Translations under genes and position numbers: made by a program
Shown here: positions 14,641-26,500 of the stretch, in pieces
Numbering within the stretch: the stretch's first letter is position 1
How the letters are laid out: each line of letters opens with the position of its first letter
Origin: Antedon mediterranea
Lineage: Eukaryota; Animalia; Echinodermata
Length of the DNA: 64,000 nt
NCBI RefSeq assembly: GCF_964355755.1
Contig: NC_092672.1
Location: 4,278,001 to 4,342,000 of the forward strand
Direction of reading: 5' to 3'
Notes under the pieces: model-generated
What the model was told of the DNA's origin: nothing
Databases searched by the model: none
The model's input: only the letters and a program-made list of their open reading frames with translations

Positions 14641-17279
14641 TACCAGTCGGAAAGCCGCGTTGGTAACGCATCACTGATTTCATTCATTGTGAGGGCGCGC
14701 TTCGTGGAAAATGTTGGAATTTTTGCTATTTTAGTACACTTTGAAAATTGTATAATTTTGATATTAGATGAAATCAATAAACGTATTTAAATAGTTGAAC
14801 TACAAGCGTAAATAATGATAAAAACTGTGATCTAAATTCCACAGTTTTTTTGTTTCGAGAAATATCATTATTTTGTGTATAAACTTTTTTATTTATATTT
14901 TTTTTTAAATGATGGTAAAAAATCATTATTAAGCTATCTATTAAAATAAAAATCAAATTTTTAGCTTTCTTGGGATGCAACTCCCACTAATCAAACCAAA
15001 CCTACTACATTTCTGTTCAGTTACGATCGAAAAACCGCCATTTTGAAACTTTGTTTACGTTTTACGAAGCTGGTACGAATCGACCCGGACCGAATCGTGT
15101 CCCTGTTTAATCCGGTTGTTCATGCAGGCGTACTGCGTCACAGGCCTAAGGTTTCAATCTGCTGCCCGATTATTGTTCTATTTGGTTTCTGAGCTAGGAA
15201 AGGCCTACTTAGACTAGCTACTATAATTACTTACTTAACTTCTAGCCTAGCTAGGCCTAAAAATAGTATTTTCTAGGCCTAGTTAGGCAGTAATTCTGAT
15301 AGTAGTTTGTGTTATAGGGCCTATAGTAGCTGGAGTAGAAGTAGACATAATCTGGGTATTCCATAATCTAGGCTGGTAGGTCTATCCCAGCTCATATACC
15401 AAGCAAGAAGAAGCCCGAAGAAGAACCTAGGCCCAGAAAAAATTACAAAAACTGTTAAAAAACAATAAATTGAAAAACAAAGTGCCAAAAAATAACCCAT
15501 TTTCAATTTATATATAAATATGGTGGGGAATGTTATTTATAAAATCAGGCATCTTTTGTTTGAGAGACTCAACCATGTATTTTTATATGGTCATGTTTTA
15601 AAAAAAGATAATTATTAGCCCATCATTTACTTGAGTATTGTTAATTGGTTGGTATATCAATATCTGGCAGTAAATGTCACACTTGTATACAGAAATATTC
15701 TATTACTTTATTAGATACAACTTACATTTCACACAAGCAATACATTTTTTCCTATTATGTATACATATACAGAATGAGGAAAAATACAACCTTTCAAACA
15801 ATACTGATACAAATAGTAAATACAACTACTGTATATAAAAACTTGCTTCTAATAGCACCTTGTTCATCAGACAAAACAAACTAGCTAGGCCTAATACTGT
15901 AAATATAAAATATGCCACCATATGTACTTTTTGAGATATCATTTTACTTGAGTCTTACTGTTGTACTGATTTTATGATTGTTTTATGTTTATATTGTATG
16001 CATCTGTGCGACTCTGGTTAATAAAGTAAATCAATCAATCAATTGCAACTTAATTTATATCTTTATAAAAATTTACTGATCTGAAACACTTCTACAACTT
16101 AAATGAATATAAATTTATATGTTATATTAGCGAATAAAATGAAAAACTATCAGCAATGATATTGAAATCGAGAAAACCACTTTACAGCTTCCACCGTCCA
16201 ACCTCATATTGAAGAACGAGATAGAAAATCTTGATACCAACAAAAAACCTGAAATGAAAATGAATAGCTGAAATGTAAAGAACTATTTAAATAATTGTCA
16301 CTATGACGAAAACATTTTCTTAAATACTGTATTAATTATATAATTATTCCACAACCTGAAAACATATTCAGATAATATGACTGTACTGTAGGCCTACCAT
16401 AAAAAAGCACTAAACACAAAACTTCCTTGTGTCTGTATATTTATTGTATAATTATTAATACAGTAAATAAATTGTACCCATCAGTTGCCAATAATGAGGA
16501 TATTTAACTATATGTCAGGGGGCGATTGGCTTAATTATCTTTTTAAAACCTTCCCAACGCATCTTCAATATAGAGTAGGATTGTAACGAAACTTTAATAA
16601 TACTACAGTAAATTGTAACTAAAGTATTTTAATTATCAACATGTTACTAAGGCTAAGCCTCTAGGCCGATATTACGACAACGATCCACCAGGTCGTGCAC
16701 ACACCCACACCTGCAACAACCCCAATCAACACACCATGCACCACACACGACGGAAATAGTGCGCGAGACGTAACAATTATGTGAAATGAGGACCTTTTTT
16801 AAAATGTTCGCTGTAAGAAGCTTAAATAGGGTTTCAAGCCAATTTTAACGTAAAACAGACTATTGATACTTACTCTATCCATATACGCCGATTTTTTGGT
16901 AATTCACTGTATGGGATGCAAATCCCACTAATGGAAAATTTGTAAACAAACACAAGTTAGAAAACTTCAGCTTTGACGGCTGCACACGAACTTTGGAAAG
17001 AAACTGTCACTGACAACAAATCCAACCAATTATTCCTAAAATTAGGTGACCTGCGACATCTTAAACATATAAGGAACTGATCTTACCATATATGGTTAAT
17101 TTTTCGCCTATTAATGTTTATTAAACAGCTATAAAACGACGTATACTTTATGCTAATGTTTTCGCGCGAAACGTTGATGCCTCTGTGCCGAGAGAGGGCT
17201 TCTAAAATTAATGACGTCATGCGAAGTCGAAAATTTCGCGATAACGGTCATATTTCCCAACGCGGCTCTCCGACTGATA
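14641..17279. mobile_element. Non-autonomous DNA transposon-like element, ~2.64 kb, with 23-bp TIRs
   Basis: taccagtcggaaagccgcgttgg (14641-14663) matches the reverse complement of 17257-17279 (tatcagtcggagagccgcgttgg) at 21/23. An internal hairpin motif tgggatgcaa(c/a)tcccactaat is repeated at 14971 and 16912. No long ORF. Confidence 0.65.
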
Positions 17280-17703
17280 CTGTATACTGTACCAAAATGT
17301 TTATGTTCATAGGATTACCAGAGGGCGCGCTCTTAATTTTTTTGAGGATGTGCTGTGCCAGGTATATAAAATATACCAAATTGGCTAGTTGAGAATTCTC
17401 AACTATTACCGCAGTACGCCTGTAACGACGAAGCCTACCGGTATAATGGGATAGGCTGATTTCCTTGTTAACTTAAGGGGTCATTTAATTACTGAATTAT
17501 GATTGGTAGTAAAGGAAATTTACTGGAATCCTATTGGATGGTAAGGTGGTAGTAGGACCATGTCCATCCCATTGCAGTAATAAAGTTGAGCCACCTGCGA
17601 CCATTACAATGTCCTACCATGCTAATGTAGGAGTGGGGAAATGTTATGCTTACTACTGTTTCTTTTAATAATTTAGTACAATTAATAAGAATAAAGAATA
17701 CAC

Positions 17704-19250
17704 TTAACAATATACAACAAATAACATTAATGTACGATGTAGTTTAACACTGTTCTCAACTATAGTCATTTTGGTATACTTGAGCACATTGATAAAGAAT
17801 AGGATAAACTTAACAATATACAACAAATAACATTAATGTACAATCCCGTTTAACACTGTTCTCAACTATAGTCATTTTGGTATACTTGAGCACAGTGATA
17901 AAGAATAGGATAAACTTAACAATATACAACAACAATGTACGATCCCGTTTAACACTGTTCTCAACTATAGTCATTTTGGTATACTTGAGCACAGTGATAA
18001 AGAATAGGATAAACTTAACAATATACAACAAAAAACATTAATGTACGATCCAGTTTAACACTGTTCTCAACTATAGTCATTTTGGTATACTTGAGAACAG
18101 TTATAAAGAATAGGATAAACTTAACAATATACAACAAAAAACATTAATGTACGATCCAGTTTAACACTGTTCTCAACTATAGTCATTTTGGTATACTTGA
18201 GAACAGTGATAAAGAATAGGATAAACTTAACAATATACAACAAAAAACATTAATGTACGATCCCGTTTAACACTGTTCTCAACTATAGTCATTTTGGTAT
18301 ACTTGAGCACAGTGATAAAGAATAGGATAAACTTAATAATATACAACAAATAACATTAATGTACGATCCAGTTTACCACTGTTCTCAACTATAGTCATTT
18401 TGGTATACTTGAGCACAGTGATAAAGAATAGGATAAACTTAAAAATATACAACAAAAAACATTAATGTCCGATCCAGTTTAACACTGTTCTCAACTATAG
18501 TCATTTTGGTATACTTGAGCACAGTGATAAAGAATAGGATAAACTTAAAAATATACAACAAAAACATTAATGTACGATCCAGTTTAACACTGTTCTCAAC
18601 TATAGTTATTTTGGTATACTTGAGAACAGTGATAAAGAATAGGATAAACTTAACAATATACAACAAAAAACATTAATGTACGATCCAGTTTAACACTGTT
18701 CTCAACTATAGTCCTTTTGGTATACTTGAGCACAGTGATAAAGAATAGGATAAACTTAAAAATATACAACAAAAAACATTAATGTACGATCCAGTTTAAT
18801 ACTGTTCTCAACTATAGTTATTTTGGTATACTTGAGAACAGTGATAAAGAATAGGATAAACTTAACAATATACAACAAAAAACGTACATTAATGTACGAT
18901 CCCGTTTAACACTGTTCTCGACTATAGTCATTTTGGTATACTTGAGCACAGTGATAAAGAATAGGATAAACTTAACAATATACAACAAAAAACATTAATG
19001 TACGATCCCGTTTAACACTGTTCTCAACTATAGTCATTTTGGTATACTTGAGCACAGTGATAAAGAATAGGATAAACTTAATAATATACAACAAATAACA
19101 TTAATGTACGATCCCGTTTACCACTGTTCTCAACTATAGTCATTTTGGTATACTTGAGCACAATATACAACAAATAACATTAATGTACACGATTCTGTTT
19201 AACACTGTTCTCAACTATAGTCATTTTCATATACTTGAGCACAGTGATAA
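17704..19250 (+). repeat. Tandem array A, 106-bp unit, about 14-15 copies
   Basis: Unit ttaacaatatacaacaaaaaacattaatgtacgatcc(a/c)gtttaacactgttctcaactatagtcattttggtatacttgag(c/a)acagtgataaagaataggataaac. The period was measured at 18015, 18121 and 18227. Confidence 0.97.
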
Positions 19251-20171
19251 TATGAAAAACATAATAACACTATAATATTTGTAGATGAATGACGCGGACA
19301 CATACATATGTTCATAAGTAATTGATATAAATTGACTTTTAAAAGTGGAATTAACACAAATGATTGTAGATAAATATGACGTGAATTGCACGTACATAAT
19401 GTTGATGAGTAGTATATTTATATAAATCGACTTTGAAAAGTGAAATAACATTAATATTTGTAGATGAATATGACGTGGACACGTACATATATTGATTAGT
19501 ATATTGATATAAATCGACTTTTAAAAGTCAAATTAACACTAATATTTGTAGATGAATATAACTTGGACACGATTTACATATGTTGATGAGTATATTGATA
19601 TAAATCGACTTTTAAAAGTGAAATAACACTAATATTTGTAGATGAATATGACGTGGACACGTACGGTACATAATGTTGATGAGTATATTGATATAAATCG
19701 ACTTTTAAAAGTGAAATAACACTATTGATTGTAGATGAATATGACGTGGACAAGTACATTTATTGATGAGTATATTGATATAAATCGACTTTTAAAAGTG
19801 AAATAATCCTATTAGTTGTACACTATTGATCATATATGAATATGACGTGAATTGCACGTACATATGTTGATGAGTAGGCCTATATTGATATAATTGACTT
19901 CGAAAAGTGAAATAACACTGATTTGTAAATGAATATGACGTGGACAAGTACATTTATTGATGAGTATATTGATAAATCGACTTTTAAAAGTGAAATAACA
20001 CTAATATTTATAGATGAATATGACGTGGACACGTACATATGTTGATGAGTATATTGATATAAATCGACTTTTAAAAGAGGAATTAACACTATTGATTGTA
20101 GACGTGAATTGCACGTACATATGTTGATGAGTGTATTGATATAAATCGACTAAACGTTAAATAACACTATC

Positions 20172-20345
20172 TTGTACAAGTACCCTCACTTGCACTGATG
20201 AAGGGCTAGTGTTGCCCGAAAACTCTGCTAACTTTTCTGGCTGTTTTACTTTATCGTTTTGATTTAGCTTTTCGCTTCTTTTTTTGTATCTCCATTGAGA
20301 CCACAGCATTGTTATTATTTCAGTATTTTGCCTTTGGATTTACTA
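20172..20345 (+). mobile_element. Dispersed repeat, putative Penelope-like element terminal fragment; relatives at 260-352 (-), ~25940-25995 (-) and 55718-55830 (+)
   Basis: The copies share ttttgatttagctttt..tttttgtatctccattgaga..cacagcattgt..ttttcagta.tttgcctttggatt. This copy is preceded by the hammerhead-like motif. Confidence 0.6.
20190..20230 (+). ncRNA. Degenerate minimal hammerhead ribozyme motif of the Penelope-like element type
   Basis: ttgca-CTGATGA-a-GGGC-tagtgtt-GCCC-GAAA-ac-TC-tgc. It has the conserved core boxes, a 4-bp stem II and a short stem I (gca/tgc); stem III is essentially absent. Confidence 0.55.
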
Positions 20346-20835
20346 ATATTAAAAGTGAAATAACACCAATGACTGTAGATGATATGACATTTATGTTGAT
20401 GTATATATTTTTGTATATATAATATGCACACGTACATACGTTGATAGGTATTGATATAAATAGATTTATAAAAGTACGGTAATAGACACTTTATTTGTAG
20501 ATGAATACGACATGGACAAGTTGCAATAAATTCTATCGTTATATCGTATGTTGATGAGTATTGATATAAATCGACTTTTTTAAAGTGGAATAACACTAAA
20601 ATGTATAGATGGATAGGCCTCAACAAGTATTGTATTAAGCGGTACTGTATATTGATAGACTTCATACCTGTAATGTCAATGAAATCTGGCAACAAGAATT
20701 GTGTTTGATCCTCCTAATAGTATTCTAATAATCTTGGTTTGTAAAGGAGGCATGAAAAATCTAAACGCATAGCCAGGGGAGGGGTTGGAGTTTCGAACAA
20801 ACTTCCCTGTGCCCGTCCTACGGTTTTTGTGAACT

Positions 20836-20950
20836 TTTTAGTAGCGTGCAAACGCGACTCTACAGCTCACTATGTCGATCGGTCGGTCGGTAAACACCAA
20901 CTCAAATTTGAGCACGCGACTGCAGCCATGTATAGGCCTATGGCCTGTTT
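20836..20950 (+). mobile_element. Helentron-associated (HINE/DINE-1-like) short non-autonomous element
   Basis: ttttagtagcgtg..acgcgact 5' inverted repeat, (GTCG)n microsatellite, 3' cacgcgact sub-terminal repeat, terminal gcca..tggc hairpin and T-rich flanks. Confidence 0.55.
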
Positions 20951-21109
20951 ATACTAGAAATCAGCAGTGAAAGTATATGTAAATAATATGTGTTAATATA
21001 GAATTAGTTTTTTTTATTTAATAAATAGTATTAAAGTTGATCTTATTCTTTATCTGTGATTAATTATACTCAAATGACTATAGTTTAAAACAGTATTAAA
21101 CGGCATCTT

Positions 21110-23135
21110 ACATTAATGTTATTTGCTGTTTATTCGAAGTTTATCCTATTCTTTATCACTGTGCTCAAATATACCAAAATGACTATAGTTGAGAACAGTG
21201 TTAAACTGGATCGTACATTAATGTTATTTGTTGTATATTGTTAAGTTTATCCTATTCTTTATCACTGTGCTCAAGTATACCAAAATGACTATAGTTTAGA
21301 ACAGGGTTAAACTGGATCGTACACATTAATGTTATTTGTTGTATATTGTTAAGTTTATCCTATTCTTTATCACTGTGCTCAAGTATACCAAAATGACTAT
21401 AGTCGAGAACAGTGTTAAACGGGATCATACATTAATGTTATTTGTTGTATAATGTTAAGTTTATCATATTCTTTATCACTGTTCTCAAGTATCCAAAATG
21501 ACTATAGTTGAGAACAGTGTTAAACTGGATCGTACATTAATGCTATTTGTTGTAGGCCTATATTGTTAAGTTTATCCTATTCTTTATCACTGTGCTCAAG
21601 TATACCAAAATGACTATAGTCGAGAACAGTGTTAAACGGGATCGTACATTAATGTTATTTGTTGTATATTGTTAAGTTTATCCTATTCTTTATCACTGTG
21701 CTCAAGTATACCAAAATGACTATAGTCGAGAACAGTGTTAAACGGGATCGTACATTAATGTACGTTTTTTGTTGTATATTGTTAAGTTTATCCTATTCTT
21801 TATCACTGTTCTCAAGTATACCAAAATGACTATAGTTGAGAACAGTGTTAAACTGGATCGTACATTAATGTTTTTTGTTGTATATTGTTAAGTTTATCCT
21901 ATTCTTTATCACTGTTCTCAAGTATACCAAAATGACTATAGTTGAGAACAGTGTTAAACTGGATCGTACATTAATGTTTTTTGTTGTATATTTTTAAGTT
22001 TATCCTATTCTTTATCACTGTGCTCAAGTATACCAAAATGACTATAGTTGAGAACAGTGTTAAACTGGATCGTACATTAATGTTTTTTGTTGTATATTGT
22101 TAAGTTTATCCTATTCTTTATCACTGTTCTCAAGTATACCAAAATGACTATAGTTGAGAACAGTGTTAAACTGGATCGTACATTAATGCTATTTGTTGTA
22201 TATTATTAAGTTTATCCTATTCTTTATCACTGTGCTTAAGTATACCAAAATGACTATAGTTGAGAACAGTGTTAAACGGGATCGTACATTAATGTTTTTT
22301 GTTGTATATTATTAAGTTTATCCTATTCTTTATCACTGTGCTCAAGTATACCAAAATGACTATAGTCGAGAACAGTGTTAAACGGGATCATACCTTAATG
22401 CTATTTGTTGTATATTATTAAGTTTATCCTATTCTTTATCACTGTGCTTAAGTATACCAAAATGACTATAGTTGAGAACAGTGTTAAACTGGATCGTACA
22501 TTAATGTTATTTGTTGTATATTATTAAGTTTATCCTATTCTTTATCACTGTGCTCAAGTATACCAAAATGACTATAGTTGAGAACAGTGTTAAACTGGAT
22601 CGTACATTAATGCTATTTGTTGTATATTATTAAGTTTATCCTATTCTTTATCACTGTGCTCACCAAAATGACTATAGTTGAGAACAGTGTTAAACGGAAT
22701 CGTACATTAATGTTATATGTTGTATATTGTTAAGTTTATCCTATTCTTTATCACTGTGCTCAAGTATACCAAAATGACTATAGTTGAGAACAGTGTTTAA
22801 CTACATCGTACATTAATGTTATGTGTTGTATATTGTTAAGTTTATCCTATTCTTTATCACTGTGCTCAAGTATACCAAAATGACTATAGTTGAGAACAGT
22901 GTTAAACGGGATCATACATTAATTTTATTTGTTGTATAATGTTAAGTTTATCCTATTCTTTATCACTGTTCTCAAGTATCCAAAATGACTATAGTTGAGA
23001 ACAGTGTTAAACTGGATCGTACATTAATGCTATTTGTTGTATATTGTTAAGTTTATCCTATTCTTTATCACTGTGCTCAAGTATACCAAAATGACTATAG
23101 TCGAGAACAGTGGTAAACTGGATCGTACATTAATT
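21110..23135 (-). repeat. Tandem array A', reverse complement of array A, 106-bp unit, about 19 copies
   Basis: Units read aagtttatcctattctttatcactgtgctcaagtataccaaaatgactatagttgagaacagtgttaaactggatcgtacattaatg.., the reverse complement of array A. Confidence 0.97.
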
Positions 23136-23581
23136 TTATCCTTTGCTTTACTGTGCTTTGATTTGATAAGCAAGTTTGGTTGCCCCGCCCCCATATGTTG
23201 CCTACTAAATTAGGATTCCCTAGCTTTTCTATAAAAATTGAAGTACCCACAATGCACGTTATACGGAATTCATAGTCTTGTAAAATACAGACACAATAGT
23301 TTTTATCGTATTGTTTTCATTTAAATATCACTAAGATTGTCTTAAACTACAAACAACTAAAATTAGTGAAGGTATGCAAGTGTTTCTAAATATTTATTAC
23401 TGGTAGTATTAATACAATTTGGATTATATCATTTTCCAGAAAGGTAGAAAAAAACATAAAATAGTTGAGAATTCTCAACTAGCCAGGATGGTATAGGAAA
23501 TATAGCTCGCTGTGCTGCTGCTCTGATGATGCGTGAAGGAACGAAAGGCTGCTAAACGGCGCTCTAGCTAGGGCCTGCTGG

Positions 23582-26500
23582 ATGACGATGGCAAAAACTT
23601 TAAAAAACTGTATTTATTACAGCATAATTAATGCACATTTACGTCAACATCACAATGCTGCATTTCTGTCAATTGGTGGTATTAATTTACAATGGAACCG
23701 TCGATTGGCATCAAGGTAAGCGAAGGCTAGACGACCCTCTCAAACGATGAACTAGCCTCACTAGGTAGGCCTAGGCGGCCTACTCCAGAGCTAGAGCTAG
23801 GCCTGGCTAGAAAAGTAGTTTACTCAGGCTGGTTAGCAGCGCAACGCAGCTGAGTTATGTTGTTGGAGGAGGTGCTGCTGCATGCGGCCGGGCCTGGTAT
23901 GCCCAGCAAGCTAGGCTCTAGGCTAAAATTATTAATTGTTTTATTCTTTTAAAGAAAATTACAAGCAGTAGGTAAGCTGGAAAATCCAAAGCCACAGGGA
24001 AAATATCCAACTGGACAGGTTAGATTTTCATTCATTTATTTGTATTATTAATTAATAAATATCATGATGGGATATATAATTTCAGATTTTTTTAAATATT
24101 TTTTTTAAACCATATTTAATGAGGGTGATCCATCCAGCTATTGCTGATCATTAGGGACCCTCAGAGGTTCACAAGACAAACATATACACAAGATGCTCTA
24201 CATAAACAAAGTCTTATTACAAGTCTTTGTTGGGAGTGGAGTAATTTGGTCCTTGTAGCCAAGCATCATAACCACCAAGTCACAACTCCACTCCGAATGA
24301 ATGTGATAATGTATTTAAACAAGCAATTCTGTATCAAAATACAGTAACTTTCTGTTACGACTACGTTAATTATTAACAGACGCTTTTTTATTTTTAATAA
24401 ATAATAGTTTATATAATATATATTATTAATATTATAATAAATATAGTTTTAACATTTTTTTCTTTTTTCAGCTCTTTCTTCATAAAGTGTTTGGTTACAG
24501 AGGTATTTTGTTATTCCCGTGGCTTGCAAGACTTTATGACCGAGATGTAGGCAATAAAAATACTGAAAGGTACAGTATGATGTAACAACCAAGAATGTAG
24601 TTGTGTTAAGAAGAGATCGATGAACTTACCCAAGTTTATTAAAGCCATTTGTACAGCTTCAAAAACACTTTAGATCTAAAAAAAAACACACAAACATTTG
24701 TTTGCAGTTTGTCTGATTTGGATCATCTTTCTTTGTCTTTTATAACTGTTTTTAACTTGGCAGAAATTTAAAAAAATAAAATAAATATATTGAAATACAA
24801 ATTATAAATAATATGAAAATAAATTGGCTATAACTAAATTTCTGATTACCCAAAGTTAATAATAAATATGAACTATTTATTTGCAAAAAAATGAAACCAT
24901 CTAGAGCTATCAAACAAGTTTGACAAAAAAAAGTGTGATTTTCCCAAATATGGTAGTGATAGTATGGTTAATAATATGAAAATAAATTGTCCATTTAGTA
25001 TAACAAAATTTCTGATTACTTAAAGTTAAAAATGAATTGTAATAAACTGTTTGCAAAATAAGCAAACCGTCTAAAGCTCTGTCTACACTATCAAACTAGT
25101 GTGATGTGCCCAAATATGGTAGTGATATGCTTAAATACGGTAGTGATATGACATCATCATTTCCATATATGGGCACATCACATTTTTTTGCCACATAAAG
25201 TTTGATAACAAAAAAGTTTGACATAAGCATGAACACCAGTACCAGAGGCATATTTTCATTTTACAACAATCTATGTACTGTATTATATTTTTATAGTAAT
25301 ATGTTTTCATTAATGGGGGCTATATAAATCCATAAAGGACTAAGAAAACCTAAACTTATAAATTGGTTGCAAGTATGTGACTTACCCAGTATACACTGGA
25401 ATCCTCTGAAACCTACAACAAATTGAATTACAGTACCATTAATAAAGCATGTTATTTAAAAATTTCAAATGATTATGAGTCTAAAGCTTTGTCTACACAT
25501 ATTATAATATGGGCACATCACATGTTGTTGTCACATACAATTTGATGTGTAGACAGAGCTTAACATAAACAATTTTTTTAACAAGCTATTTACTGTATTA
25601 TATTTTTATCATATTTTTTGATCTCTGTATTTAGTTCACAGAATGAAATTGACGGTGAACACATTGACAGCAGTAACAAAGAGGTCCAGGGAAAGACACA
25701 GACTTACTATCAAGTTCTCATTGATTCTAGGGATTGTCCATTCATTGTAATTCATCATTGATTATGTAAAAGGATAAAATAATAACAATTGATATGTATA
25801 TAGATGTAATTATTGGCCATGATAACCCATGATCACGGTCAATTTTGGTAGCGCCTTGAGCACTTCTGTGGATATGCGTTCTTTATACATTATTATTATT
25901 ATTCATTGTCCATTGCAAGCATTTGTTATTTTTATATCAATCCAAAAGCTAATTACTGAAAAAAATGAAAATTCTACAGAGTGGCTGAATCTCTAACAAT
26001 ACTGTAATAACAAACAGAAATATTTGCTGGAAAACACTGTTTCTCTGTCTATGACTGTTTAAAATAAAGTGGTTAGTTATAAATCTCAAGGAATCGGCAC
26101 TATTATGCTACGTAATCACGTAGCCATAACATCGGCAGGGGTTTGAGGCTCACTCACTCCATGGTTCTGGTGGTAGAACGAGTCTTCTCGGATAAGGACT
26201 ATAAACCGTAGGTCCAGTGTACACAACTTGCTCGTGTGCACTTTAAAGAACCTAGTACATCTTTCGAGACGAGTAGGGGGTCACCCCGGTGTATTAGTAC
26301 ATCACAGCCACTGATCACCAACTGGGCCCTCTGGGAGATCAGTCTTTGACTGAAGAGGTCACCCAGTATAAAGATAAAACAAACAAACAAACTATCTTTC
26401 TCAAAGGTGGCAATTCTGTTCACAAGACAAACATAATATACACAAGATGCTCTACATTAATCTTATCAGTATCTTATTACAAGTCTGTAGGAGTGGAGTT

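Larger units (their letters stand above)
19255..20610 (+). repeat. Tandem array B, ~87-92-bp unit, degenerate, interrupted by a Penelope-like fragment
   Basis: Recurrent ataaatcgacttttaaaagtgaaataacact..tgtagatgaatatgacgtggacacgtacatatgttgatgagtatattgat, with aaatcgactt at 19511, 19602, 19694, 19782, 19974 and 20061. Confidence 0.92.
17372..23495. mobile_element. Foldback-type element, 6.1 kb, with hairpin-containing TIRs and inverted subterminal tandem arrays
   Basis: Perfect 26-bp inverted repeat tggctagttgagaattctcaactatt at 17382-17407 and 23460-23485, extended outward by TATACC/GGTATA. The internal 106-bp arrays are in opposite orientation. Confidence 0.8.

Noticed and set aside
17810-20695. 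Short ORFs in the arrays (e.g. MLYIVKFILFF..)
   Set aside because: They are by-products of the repeat. The 106-bp period is not a multiple of 3 and frames break between units.
17704-23135. CRISPR-like array
   Set aside because: The units are repeated end to end with no unique spacers, there are no cas genes, and the context is eukaryotic. These are satellite-type tandem repeats.
25386-25412. Exon of a separate antisense POLDIP2 paralog
   Set aside because: No other POLDIP2 exons are present on the minus strand, and the duplication is limited to ~270 bp.
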